Virus record (IMG/VR): IMGVR_UViG_3300021962_000362
Coordinates: 1 to 33,559 of that record
Length of the DNA stretch: 33,559 bases
Source: a virus
Taxonomy: Duplodnaviria > Caudoviricetes
Reading direction: 5' to 3' (one strand)
Of this stretch, positions 9,569 through 18,310 are shown piece by piece. Made by a program: the position numbers and the translations under genes. Each line of letters starts with the position of its first letter. The first letter of the stretch is position 1. The notes below the pieces were generated by a model that saw only the letters and a program-made list of their open reading frames with translations, was not told the DNA's origin and searched no databases.

Positions 9569-9846
9569 ACCAGTATTTTAAAGACTATTTTTCAGGCGAA
9601 ATTTTCTGTTTGCCATATGAAAGTAAAGAAAAAAAATCAACTTTTGTTTCAATCTCTGTAGAAGAGTACACCCAAACAGCCGCAAAAAATGAGCAGATTA
9701 GACGGGATGGTCTCACCTATGCACAGCGCAGAGCAGAAGATTATCCAAGCATCCCAGATCAATTAGATATTATTTTTCATTCTGGCTTAGACGCTTGGAA
9801 AGCGGCTATACAAAGTGTAAAAGACAAAAACCCAAAGCCCACTTAA
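9565..9846 (+). CDS. tail-fibre-assembly-like small protein
   Basis: C-terminal Y..RR..DYPSI.DQLD...H.G.DAWK..I..VK..PKP motif typical of fibre-adjacent phage genes. Confidence 0.6.
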   Translation: MNQYFKDYFSGEIFCLPYESKEKKSTFVSISVEEYTQTAAKNEQIRRDGLTYAQRRAEDYPSIPDQLDIIFHSGLDAWKAAIQSVKDKNPKPT

Positions 9847-10442
9847 TGGAACTTCATTCCCCATTTGTCACAAATATTGGAGTACAGCATTTGCCATCAC
9901 ATTTGTATAGTACTGCAAAATGGTTTGATACCAACAACTTAAAGCCTAGCGGCAATGGGTTTGATACCACTTTAAATGAATATTATTCAAACGAATCTGT
10001 ATTTTTAAATGAATGTGGAGTAGGAGAATTTGTTAGCGATATAGAAGAAAAGGCAAAGGAGTTTCTTGAACAGTTAGGATACATGACTGATGATTGGGTT
10101 CCAAAAATTCACAGACTTTGGTTAAATAGTATGCCTAGCGGATCACATCATCCTCGCCATGCACATTATGGATCTTGCTTATCTGGAACCTATTATGTTG
10201 AAATCCCCAAAGGATCAAATGAAATTGTTTTTATTAATCCAAACCAAAAAGATTGCAAACCAAACATCCCGATAAAAAACTATACGGTATCTAACTCTGA
10301 TTCTTGGACTATGTACCCTAAAGAAGGAGATCTATTTATTTGGTTATCTGATTTGTCTCATGCAATTCCGGCATTGACTTTTGAAGGTTTAAGAAAAAGT
10401 ATTGCGTTTGATTTTACATTAAAGAAAAAACAAAATGTTTAA
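9846..10442 (+). CDS. putative 2OG-Fe(II) oxygenase (TIGR02466-like)
   Basis: W.N...H..HAH...LSGTYY...P.EGDL..W.S.L.H...R.SIAF; start reassigned to the TAATG overlap at 9846. Confidence 0.85.
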   Translation: MELHSPFVTNIGVQHLPSHLYSTAKWFDTNNLKPSGNGFDTTLNEYYSNESVFLNECGVGEFVSDIEEKAKEFLEQLGYMTDDWVPKIHRLWLNSMPSGSHHPRHAHYGSCLSGTYYVEIPKGSNEIVFINPNQKDCKPNIPIKNYTVSNSDSWTMYPKEGDLFIWLSDLSHAIPALTFEGLRKSIAFDFTLKKKQNV

Positions 10443-11178
10443 GAAAAAACAAAAATTAGAATTTTTGACGTTAATTCCAGAAGTTCAAAAAACAATGCCC
10501 ATAATTCCAGCAAAAGAATTAAAACATGAGTGGCTTAGAAAAATGGCTATAGACTTTTCTGAACAAAGGAAAAAACCGGATTTTGGAACATTTCAATATT
10601 CACATACAAGCCGTTGCCCCGGGATTGTCAGTTTAATAAGGTCTGGATGGATTTTACGGGCATGGCAAGATGTTTATATCGAAAAAACAAGTGCTGATAG
10701 TCTTTTTTGGAGAACACCTTTAAACCAAAAAGACATGATAGGGATTGACCAGATAGAAATTCATAAACCAGAAGAATTTAAAAATTATTTTAACAACTGG
10801 AGTTATTCCTTTAATGGGGTTTTGAAGTATCAATCACCTTGGTCAGTCATCATCCCTAAAGGATACTATTTGCTTGAAATACCCGTTGCATATTCTGACG
10901 ATCCAAGGTTTGAAACTGCTACTGGATACCTTTCTTATGAGTACGGACAAGTGCCATTAAATCCTCAGTTTTTCTGGAAAACCCAAGAAAACAGTATGCT
11001 GATTGAAAAAGGAACTCCAATTGCTCAGTATATTTTGGTAAAAAAAGAGGAGGTTGAAATATCAATGAGGACAAGGCTACCAGAAGAGCGGAAATTGGAA
11101 CAAGTAATTCTTGGATCAAAATTTGTGAAAAATATGCGTGAATACAAACAGGAAGTGCAAAATCTATACAAGAGATGA
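10435..11178 (+). CDS. hypothetical protein, DUF6065-like (possible dUTPase-like beta fold)
   Basis: CPG...GW...W.D, K..SPW...PKGY.LL..P and IEKGTP.AQ motifs; fold call is tentative. Confidence 0.5.
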   Translation: MFKKKQKLEFLTLIPEVQKTMPIIPAKELKHEWLRKMAIDFSEQRKKPDFGTFQYSHTSRCPGIVSLIRSGWILRAWQDVYIEKTSADSLFWRTPLNQKDMIGIDQIEIHKPEEFKNYFNNWSYSFNGVLKYQSPWSVIIPKGYYLLEIPVAYSDDPRFETATGYLSYEYGQVPLNPQFFWKTQENSMLIEKGTPIAQYILVKKEEVEISMRTRLPEERKLEQVILGSKFVKNMREYKQEVQNLYKR

Positions 11179-11231
11179 GACATTTACTCTGTACTTCATC
11201 TTAAAATGCCGTAGTTACAAAGGAACCTACC

Positions 11232-12233
11232 ATGAGTACATACTCCCCGAACCTACGTATTGAGCTTATTACCACCGGTACGCAAGCCGGGGCGTGGGGC
11301 AATACAACCAACGATAACCTGTCCACGGTTCTGGAGGCGGCTGTTGCAGGCTCGGTTTCAGTTACCACGGCATCAGCTAACCAAGCGCTTACCTATTTAA
11401 ACGGGCCGACTGGGACCTCAAGTGCCAATCAGTCTGTACGGGCGATGCTGATTCTGGACACCGTCACAGGTGCCAACTTTGCCGTCTATGCCCCGCCGGT
11501 CAGTAAGCAGTACATCGTCAAGAACGCCAGCGCCTACACAGCCACGGTCTACAACTCCACGGTTATTGGCAATACCACGGCAGCGGGCACGGGCGCAGCG
11601 ATCCCAGCGGGCAAAACCCTCCTAGTCTGGTCAGATGGAACCAACTTTGCTATCCCAGACGCAGCTACCCTGACCTCCATCTTGGCGGTTTTAAACGGCG
11701 GTACTGGGGCGTCCAGTTTTACAAGCGGCGGTATTTTGCGTGGGAATGGAACAAGCGCAATTTCAGTTGCGTCTGGTCCTGACATAGCAACCGCTATAGG
11801 AGCAACCGCAGTAACCAACGCTACAAACGCCACGAATGTACTCGCCGGGGGCACCATAGCATCCACGGTAACAGCCACTACCCAAGCTGCCAAGACTGCG
11901 GATACCACCGTATCTACTACCGCCTTTACTGACGGGATGCGTTCCTTAGCGGCTAGTTCAACCACTGGGACTTTGGTTCTATCTGACCGGGGCAGTCTGG
12001 TGCAGGTAACCGCAGGAATTACGATACCCGCCAGTGTGTTTGCTACCAACGATGTGGTGTCGATCTATAACAATTCAGGCTCGACCATTACCATAACTCA
12101 GGGTGGTGGACTTACACTTAGATATGTTGGGACAGCTAACACAGGGAACCGTACTTTGACACAACGCGGTTTAGTAACAGTTGTCTTCATTTCCGCAACA
12201 GAAGCTGTTATATCTGGTGGAGGATTGGCATAA
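11232..12233 (+). CDS. second tail fibre / spike protein
   Basis: AAGGA RBS; MSTY...L.IELI.TG.QAG.WG.TTN.NL N-terminal anchor; L.V.NGGTG fibre repeat; Thr/Ala-rich. Confidence 0.8.
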   Translation: MSTYSPNLRIELITTGTQAGAWGNTTNDNLSTVLEAAVAGSVSVTTASANQALTYLNGPTGTSSANQSVRAMLILDTVTGANFAVYAPPVSKQYIVKNASAYTATVYNSTVIGNTTAAGTGAAIPAGKTLLVWSDGTNFAIPDAATLTSILAVLNGGTGASSFTSGGILRGNGTSAISVASGPDIATAIGATAVTNATNATNVLAGGTIASTVTATTQAAKTADTTVSTTAFTDGMRSLAASSTTGTLVLSDRGSLVQVTAGITIPASVFATNDVVSIYNNSGSTITITQGGGLTLRYVGTANTGNRTLTQRGLVTVVFISATEAVISGGGLA

Positions 12234-13087
12234 TGTCCGGCGTTTTGTGCGTACTTGCGGGGGCTAGTTCGGCGTTTAATTTTAACGCTACTATTTCTGC
12301 GACTACAACAAATTACAGTTTAAACAGCGCAATGACGGCGGCTGGCTGGAATGGTATTGATCGTGTAATAGCCACAGTAAGTATAGATTCTGGAGTCTAT
12401 GTAGGCTCTAGCTCTATTGCAACCTCTGCTTTTACTGTAGGCACATTGCCGGTTGCCTCTACCGTATCAATCACAAACAATGGTTATATTGTTGGTAGGG
12501 GCGGAGATGCCCCGGGCGGGGCTGGTGGTCCAGCTTTAACAGTAAGTTCTCCCATCACAATTACTAACAATAATGTTATCGGAGGTGGCGGAGGTGGCGG
12601 TGGTTCAGGAGCAGGTTTTTCTTACAATGACGGAGAAAACTCTGGAAGTGCTCGTGGCGGTGGTGGTGGTGGCGGTGCAGGTTATTTAAATGGTGCAGGT
12701 AGCGCCACAGTAGGTTCAAATGTTAATTTTTCACAGATTTCTGCCGGTAGTTCTGGCTCTACTGGTGGGAATACATCTGGCGGAGGTGGCGGCGCTGGGT
12801 TTTATGGTTGGGTTCCATATATAAGCCCAAATACATATTCTAGTGGTGGTAGCGGTGGTTCTGGGGGTAACCTAGGTTCTTCGGGTAATACTGGTGCAAA
12901 CGCATATTATGCAGGTGAAATATGGGGGGGCGGTGCTATTACAGCAGGAACTGGACCGCAGGCAGGTGTTACATCTAACTCACCAGCAGCCACTTCAGGA
13001 GGCGCGGCGGGATATTGCACCACAACAGGCTCAAATGCAAATATTACTTGGGCGGTTGAAGGCACACGTTACGGGACATTGGGATGA
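12233..13087 (+). CDS. glycine-rich adhesin / receptor-recognition protein (T-even gp38-like composition)
   Basis: ITNNGYIVGRGG...GGPAL...ITNNNVIGGGGGGGG poly-Gly runs; TAATG-coupled to the upstream fibre gene. Confidence 0.7.
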   Translation: MSGVLCVLAGASSAFNFNATISATTTNYSLNSAMTAAGWNGIDRVIATVSIDSGVYVGSSSIATSAFTVGTLPVASTVSITNNGYIVGRGGDAPGGAGGPALTVSSPITITNNNVIGGGGGGGGSGAGFSYNDGENSGSARGGGGGGGAGYLNGAGSATVGSNVNFSQISAGSSGSTGGNTSGGGGGAGFYGWVPYISPNTYSSGGSGGSGGNLGSSGNTGANAYYAGEIWGGGAITAGTGPQAGVTSNSPAATSGGAAGYCTTTGSNANITWAVEGTRYGTLG

Positions 13088-13620
13088 ATTTCTTTCCGTG
13101 TTGGTTTTGGGAAAACGGTATTGATGATGCACTTCTTACGGTGTTAAATGGCAATATTCTTACACTAGAGCTAAAGCCCGGTGAGTTAGCCCACGGAAAT
13201 ATGGATACCCAAGTACGCAATAGTAGTTCAGCCGCATTCCCATCCCACCATTGGCTAACCGGGGTTATGTATAACTATGCTGTTCATGCCAATAAAGAGG
13301 CTGGATGGCAGCGTACATTGGAGTTTCCAGAAGTTACTCAAATTGCTAAATATGAACCGGGTCAATATTACAAATGGCATACAGATTCAAATCCGTATAG
13401 TATTGGTCCCTACGAGCGAAAAATTACCGTTATTTGTCTTTTGAACGACCCAAGTGAGTTTGAAGGTGGTGAGTTTGAAATTGAATACGCGCAGGTTCCA
13501 AAGCTAAAGCGCGGTTCTGTTGTAGCTTTTCCGTCTAACTTGCGGCACCAAGTTACCCCTGTTACAAAGGGAACCCGAATCAGTGCAACTTGCTGGGCTG
13601 TTGGCCCTCAAAAGTGGTGA
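13084..13620 (+). CDS. 2OG-Fe(II) dioxygenase, prolyl-4-hydroxylase/PKHD-type
   Basis: Y.PGQYY.WHTD (HxD), FEGGEF, FPS...HQVTPVTKGTRIS (distal His and RxS). Confidence 0.9.
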   Translation: MNFFPCWFWENGIDDALLTVLNGNILTLELKPGELAHGNMDTQVRNSSSAAFPSHHWLTGVMYNYAVHANKEAGWQRTLEFPEVTQIAKYEPGQYYKWHTDSNPYSIGPYERKITVICLLNDPSEFEGGEFEIEYAQVPKLKRGSVVAFPSNLRHQVTPVTKGTRISATCWAVGPQKW

Positions 13621-13624
13621 CAAA

Positions 13625-14116
13625 ATGATTGATCCGGTCTCAGCCCTAGCAGCAGTACAGTCTGCGGTTGCCTTAATCAAAAAGGCAAGCAAAACCGTGG
13701 ACGATGTCGCCAGCTTGGGGCCGATGATTGGGAAGTATTTTGAAGCAAAACATACCGCTACCGCTGCCGTTGCTCAGGCAAAAAGAAAAGGCGGCTCATC
13801 AATGGGCAAGGCCATTGAGATAGAACTAGCACTCAAGGCTCAGCGGGACTTTGAACAGGAGCTTCAAAACCTGTTTTTTTCTACCAACAACATGGATGTC
13901 TGGCAGTCCATCAAGAAACGCGCTTCGGACATGGATGCCGCTAATGCCGAGCAGATGCAGAAAGACGCGGTTGCCGAGGCAAGGCGCAAGCGGCGTGAGC
14001 AGGAACTCAATGAGATCATCCTTGGCGTTGGCATAGCGATTGTGGCTGGCATCTTCTTGGCATGGGCGGCGTATGAGGCGATTACCTTTTGCTCTGCTGC
14101 GGTGTGTGGAAGATGA
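13625..14116 (+). CDS. coiled-coil protein with C-terminal transmembrane helix
   Basis: Start reassigned to ATG 13625 (MIDPVSAL); hydrophobic IILGVGIAIVAGIFLAWAAY near the C-terminus. Confidence 0.75.
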   Translation: MIDPVSALAAVQSAVALIKKASKTVDDVASLGPMIGKYFEAKHTATAAVAQAKRKGGSSMGKAIEIELALKAQRDFEQELQNLFFSTNNMDVWQSIKKRASDMDAANAEQMQKDAVAEARRKRREQELNEIILGVGIAIVAGIFLAWAAYEAITFCSAAVCGR

Positions 14117-14214
14117 ATAAGATCATTATTGCCTTTGGTGTGGTTGTGATGGCAACCTTGCTCATCATCATTGGTGTGGTTGATTCAATCATTTACCGAT
14201 TTACGGGGCGATGA
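14113..14214 (+). CDS. 33-aa single-pass membrane peptide (absent from the ORF track)
   Basis: Hand translation MNKIIIAFGVVVMATLLIIIGVVDSIIYRFTGR*; ATGA overlaps at both ends. Confidence 0.7.
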   Translation: MNKIIIAFGVVVMATLLIIIGVVDSIIYRFTGR

Positions 14215-14369
14215 GCAAATGGCTTTGCAAAGAGATTACAGACGGCTTTGCCAAGTGGTTCAAGCTGTTCTGCTATGGGTGCGCCCTTATCTGGTTGCTG
14301 GATTTGCTACCCAAACTGCCAGAGGAAATGGCTAGACCGATTGCCAACTATTTAACTGGAGTCAAATAA
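14211..14369 (+). CDS. 52-aa hydrophobic protein (absent from the ORF track)
   Basis: Hand translation MSKWLCKEITDGFAKWFKLFCYGCALIWLLDLLPKLPEEMARPIANYLTGVK*; ATGA overlap upstream, TAATG overlap with the holin. Confidence 0.7.
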   Translation: MSKWLCKEITDGFAKWFKLFCYGCALIWLLDLLPKLPEEMARPIANYLTGVK

Positions 14370-14884
14370 TGCTGACACTTCTCTCCACTTTAATATCGTT
14401 TCTAATGGGCGGCTTGCCAAAGCTACTTGATTTTTTCCAAGATCGGTCAGACAAAAGACATGAGATGGAACTTGCCCAACTTCAGGTTCAGCGGGAGATG
14501 GAGTTGCGAAAGCTGGGGTTTGAGGCGCAGGAGCGAGTTGAGAACATACATACTCAGCAGCTTGAGATCGAGACAAAATCCGCAGAGAAGCAGTCATTGA
14601 TTGCAGCCCAGACCGCCGAGATGCAGGCGGTATATGCACATGATACATCCCTGAATGAGGGAACAAGCCAATGGATGAAGAACCTCCGGGCAAGTGTGCG
14701 TCCGGTCATTACCTACGGATTCTTCTTTCTTTTGGTAGGGATTGACCTTGCCCTGATTATTCACGGCTTCCGCTACGACATATCTTTTGAGCAGATGGCA
14801 GAACACCTGTGGGACAACGAAACCCAAGCCCTGTTTGCCAGCATCATCGCTTTTCATTTTGGTGGTAGGGCGTTTGGCAAATGA
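14369..14884 (+). CDS. putative holin (3-TM, GTA-holin-like)
   Basis: N-terminal hydrophobic helix, DKRHE coiled coil, W...LRASVRPVITY TM segment, I.AF.FGGR C-terminus; lies next to the endolysin. Confidence 0.7.
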   Translation: MLTLLSTLISFLMGGLPKLLDFFQDRSDKRHEMELAQLQVQREMELRKLGFEAQERVENIHTQQLEIETKSAEKQSLIAAQTAEMQAVYAHDTSLNEGTSQWMKNLRASVRPVITYGFFFLLVGIDLALIIHGFRYDISFEQMAEHLWDNETQALFASIIAFHFGGRAFGK

Positions 14885-15078
14885 AGGTAGATGCCAGCAA
14901 CCTGATCCACGCTCACCGGGTGAGTGAACAGGCATATCTGCGCCATGCGGAGAACCTGAAGCGGATGCAGGCTCTGGTGGATGAGGAAGCAAAACAGATC
15001 AAGGCGACAGAAGCCAAGTGTAAAGCGCAGGAGCATGATGCCAACCTGACAACCGGGCGGGTGGATGTAAGTGTATGA
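14881..15078 (+). CDS. small helical hypothetical protein between holin and endolysin
   Basis: Overlap-coupled to both neighbours. Confidence 0.6.
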   Translation: MKVDASNLIHAHRVSEQAYLRHAENLKRMQALVDEEAKQIKATEAKCKAQEHDANLTTGRVDVSV

Positions 15079-15551
15079 AGGTCAGCGACAAGGCAATTAA
15101 GATGATCCGTCACCATGAGGGTGTGAGGAACAAGCCTTACCGCTGTCCAGCCAAGTTATGGACGATAGGAGTCGGTCATGTTCTTTACCCAGATCAAGGC
15201 AAAATGCCAATCGATCAAAGAGACAGTTATCAACTACGCCCGGAAGATAATCGGGTTTTTTCGCCGGAAGAAGTAGATGGAATCCTACGCGCAGACTTAT
15301 CTCGCTTTGAATCAGGTGTTGATAAACTTATCACTGCCCAGCTTAGCCAAGGGATGTTTGATGCTCTTGTGTCTTTTAGTTTTAACGTCGGGCTTGGGAC
15401 GCTCCAGCGCAGTACGCTCCGGCAAAAGCTCAACCGGGGCGACAAAGAAGGCGCAGCCGAAGAGTTATTGAAATACTGTATGGCTGGGGGTAAAATTCTC
15501 AAAGGCTTACAGAACCGCCGAATTGACGAGCGGGCTGTGTTTCTGTCGTAG
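15075..15551 (+). CDS. endolysin, GH24 phage lysozyme
   Basis: HEG...PYRC...WTIGVGH (E-x8-C-x5-T), FDALVSFSFNVG, GL.NRR..E. Confidence 0.95.
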   Translation: MKVSDKAIKMIRHHEGVRNKPYRCPAKLWTIGVGHVLYPDQGKMPIDQRDSYQLRPEDNRVFSPEEVDGILRADLSRFESGVDKLITAQLSQGMFDALVSFSFNVGLGTLQRSTLRQKLNRGDKEGAAEELLKYCMAGGKILKGLQNRRIDERAVFLS

Positions 15552-15559
15552 GATACGTT

Positions 15560-17593
15560 ATGCCACTCCAAAAACTTGAATTTCGCCCGGGTGTAAACAG
15601 GGAATCCACGACTTTAGCCAACGAGGGGGGCTGGTTTGAATCCAATAAGGTTCGCTGGCGCTCTGGTTACCCCGAAAAGATTGGCGGCTGGACTAAAGAT
15701 ACCGGCACCGAAAATGTAACTTCGCCCGCCAGTACATTCTCATCGGGGGGTCTGGTAACAGCCCTACAACCCACTACCGGGTCATTCTGGGGGGTTTGCC
15801 GCACCCTTTTTAATTGGCTGAACTTGTCCGGGTACAACCTGATGGCGATTGGTACTAATTTAAAGTACTACATCCAGAACGGCTCGGGCGGCAATTACTA
15901 CGACATAACGCCTATCCGCGAAACAGCCCTTACGGTCGGCAATGCCTTTACGACTAACACCAGCACAAATACAGGAACCCAGACAACCCTCGTGGTAAAC
16001 GACCCCGGGCACGGTGCCCAGACGGGTGACTTTGTAAGTATTACTGGCACTTCCGGTCCGGTAAATGGGGTGTTAGCCGCCGACATAAACGGTGAGCACC
16101 AAATCACTTTTATATCTACAACCACCTACTCCATCGTTGTAAACGGCACCGCCTCATCGTCCGGCACCCCCGCAGTCTCTGCCAATTTTTACTACCAGAT
16201 AACCACCGGCTCTGACATTTACACCACCGATGTGGGATGGGGCGCGGGCGGCTGGGGAGGATCGACTACAGGTTACTCTACTACCGGGTGGGGTGTATCA
16301 GCCCCCGCAGGTCTGGGTATTGGGGTGCAGCTTCGCCTGTGGAGCCAAGCCAACTTTGGTCAGGACTTGATCTTCAACCCACGGGGCGGGGCGCTGTACT
16401 ACTGGGCTGTTGATAGTAACCCCAACGTATATAACCGTGGTCAACTTATGCAGGCTGGCGGGACAATCACGGTGCGCGGTTCCTCGGTGGCTATTGACAG
16501 CAGTTGCCCCTCTTTGGTCAATACGGTGGGGGTTTCGGACGCTTCCCGGTTTGTTATAGCGTTTGGCTGTAATGACCCGTCCGGGGTGCTGTTTTCCACC
16601 GCCCAAGACCCCCTGCTGATACGCTGGTCAGACCAAGAAAACTATGCCGACTGGACCCCTTCCACTACAAATCAGGCTGGGGACTACCGCCTGAGCCAAG
16701 GCTCCCAGATCATTACCGCGCTCCAAGCCCGTCAGGAAATCTTGGTCTGGACAGACGCGGCTCTCTATTCCATGCAGTATCTTGGCCCGCCCTATGTTTG
16801 GGGGTTCCAGATCATGGGGTCGAACATCTCTATTGTGTCCCCCAACGCCGTGGCTACCGCCAATAACGTGACCTACTGGATGGGCACGGATAAGTTCTAT
16901 ATGTACTCAGGACGGGTAGAAACCCTACCCTGTACCTTGCGCCAGTACGTGTTTGACGACATTAACATCCAGCAGGCGTATCAGTTCTTTGCCGGGACTA
17001 ACGAGGGCTATAACGAAATCTGGTGGTTCTACTGCTCGGCAAACTCTACTGTGGTGGATCGGTACATCATATTTAACCACCTTGAGCGCACTTGGTACTA
17101 CGGGACAATGGAGCGCACCGCTTGGCTGGACACCCCACTAAGGGATTTCCCTAGTGCTGCCGGATATAACGGGCAGCTTATATACCATGAGTCCGGGGTG
17201 GATGACGGCACCACAAACCCGCCTTCGCCTATTGAGGCGTACTGCCAGTCTTCCGACTTCGATATTGGGGACGGGCATAACTTCGGCATGGTCTGGCGCA
17301 TCATCCCTGATGTGACATTTGACGGCTCGGCGGTGAACAACCCCTCGGTAACCTTTACCGTGCGCCCGCGCCAGAACCCCGGTGCAAACTACGGCAGTAC
17401 AGACTACCCAGATGTAGTGAGCGCCCAGAACTACCAGAATCAGCAGACCTACAACGTCCAGCAGTTCACCCAGTACGCCTATGTGCGTATCCGTGGCAGG
17501 CAGATGGCATTCAAGATTAGCTCCTCTGATGTGGGGGTGTCTTGGCAGCTAGGCTCCCCGAGGCTGGATGTACGCCCTGACGGACGCAGATAA
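15560..17593 (+). CDS. tail nozzle / packaged-DNA stabilisation protein (P22 gp10-like beta-propeller)
   Basis: PGVNRE.T...EGGW N-terminus, IRWSDQE, YWMG...FY.Y.G, EIWWFY, R.AW.D, RGRQ...WQLG..R.D..PDGRR C-terminus. Confidence 0.75.
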   Translation: MPLQKLEFRPGVNRESTTLANEGGWFESNKVRWRSGYPEKIGGWTKDTGTENVTSPASTFSSGGLVTALQPTTGSFWGVCRTLFNWLNLSGYNLMAIGTNLKYYIQNGSGGNYYDITPIRETALTVGNAFTTNTSTNTGTQTTLVVNDPGHGAQTGDFVSITGTSGPVNGVLAADINGEHQITFISTTTYSIVVNGTASSSGTPAVSANFYYQITTGSDIYTTDVGWGAGGWGGSTTGYSTTGWGVSAPAGLGIGVQLRLWSQANFGQDLIFNPRGGALYYWAVDSNPNVYNRGQLMQAGGTITVRGSSVAIDSSCPSLVNTVGVSDASRFVIAFGCNDPSGVLFSTAQDPLLIRWSDQENYADWTPSTTNQAGDYRLSQGSQIITALQARQEILVWTDAALYSMQYLGPPYVWGFQIMGSNISIVSPNAVATANNVTYWMGTDKFYMYSGRVETLPCTLRQYVFDDINIQQAYQFFAGTNEGYNEIWWFYCSANSTVVDRYIIFNHLERTWYYGTMERTAWLDTPLRDFPSAAGYNGQLIYHESGVDDGTTNPPSPIEAYCQSSDFDIGDGHNFGMVWRIIPDVTFDGSAVNNPSVTFTVRPRQNPGANYGSTDYPDVVSAQNYQNQQTYNVQQFTQYAYVRIRGRQMAFKISSSDVGVSWQLGSPRLDVRPDGRR

Positions 17594-18276
17594 TGACCCA
17601 TTTAACCCTACGCCAAGCCACAATATTGCCGCCTGTTGCCCCGGTATTGCCGGTTGCGCCGACGGAGTTTCGTCAGCAGTATCAGGATCAATATACCAAC
17701 GTCCTGCGCCTGTATTTCAACGGGCTGAGTTCAACCCTGTCAAATGTATTAGGAGATACCAAGCAGGGCACAAATGCACACCCGGGCGGCGGGTATCTGG
17801 CATTTCCCTACGCTGGTATCCAACGGACAACTGATTTAACATTTACTGCAAATACCGCAACGCAGATAACATTTGATACTAATGATTATATAAATGACTG
17901 TGAAAATGACGGCACAGACGGTATTAGCGTAAATGTTCCGGGTATATACAATTACCAATTTAGTATTCAGTGGGCTAATACAGATACCCAGATTCACACC
18001 GGGTTTGTCTGGCTTAAGGTTAACGGGGTGGATGTACCGGGGACAGCCAGTAAGTTTGATGTCCCTTCATCGCACGGCGGTGTAGACGGCTACCTAATTG
18101 CGGCGGCTAACTTTTATGTTGCGCTTGAAGCTACTGACACCGTAGAACTGTGGGCGGCTGTAACTGACGCCACTTTGTATATGGAAGCCTACGCCGCCCA
18201 AGTTTCCCCATTTCCTATGCCATCCATCCCCTCTGTGGTGGCTACTTTATCATTTGTGTCAAGACCCCCGACATGA
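17593..18276 (+). CDS. tail needle/spike-like protein with N-terminal coiled coil and C1q/TNF-like C-terminal domain
   Basis: P.LP.AP.E...Y.DQ..NVLRLYFN.L then ITFDT...PGIYNYQFSIQ...VWLKVNGVDV. Confidence 0.6.
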   Translation: MTHLTLRQATILPPVAPVLPVAPTEFRQQYQDQYTNVLRLYFNGLSSTLSNVLGDTKQGTNAHPGGGYLAFPYAGIQRTTDLTFTANTATQITFDTNDYINDCENDGTDGISVNVPGIYNYQFSIQWANTDTQIHTGFVWLKVNGVDVPGTASKFDVPSSHGGVDGYLIAAANFYVALEATDTVELWAAVTDATLYMEAYAAQVSPFPMPSIPSVVATLSFVSRPPT

Positions 18277-18282
18277 TATTAT
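18254..18282 (+). promoter_or_regulatory. candidate sigma70-type promoter upstream of the ejection-protein genes
   Basis: TTGTGT (18254-18259), 17-nt spacer, TATTAT (18277-18282) preceded by TGn extended -10; next to one of the few intergenic gaps. Confidence 0.4.
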
Positions 18283-18310
18283 CTGTTAACTTTCACCCAA
18301 TGAGGCATAC

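Noticed and set aside
11179-11231. Possible promoter in the gap before the second fibre gene (TTTACT...TAAAAT)
   Set aside because: The spacer is only 13 nt and there is no extended -10, so it is too weak to call
8140-13087. GGT/GGC trinucleotide runs as microsatellites
   Set aside because: They are poly-Gly codons with mixed third positions in adhesin domains
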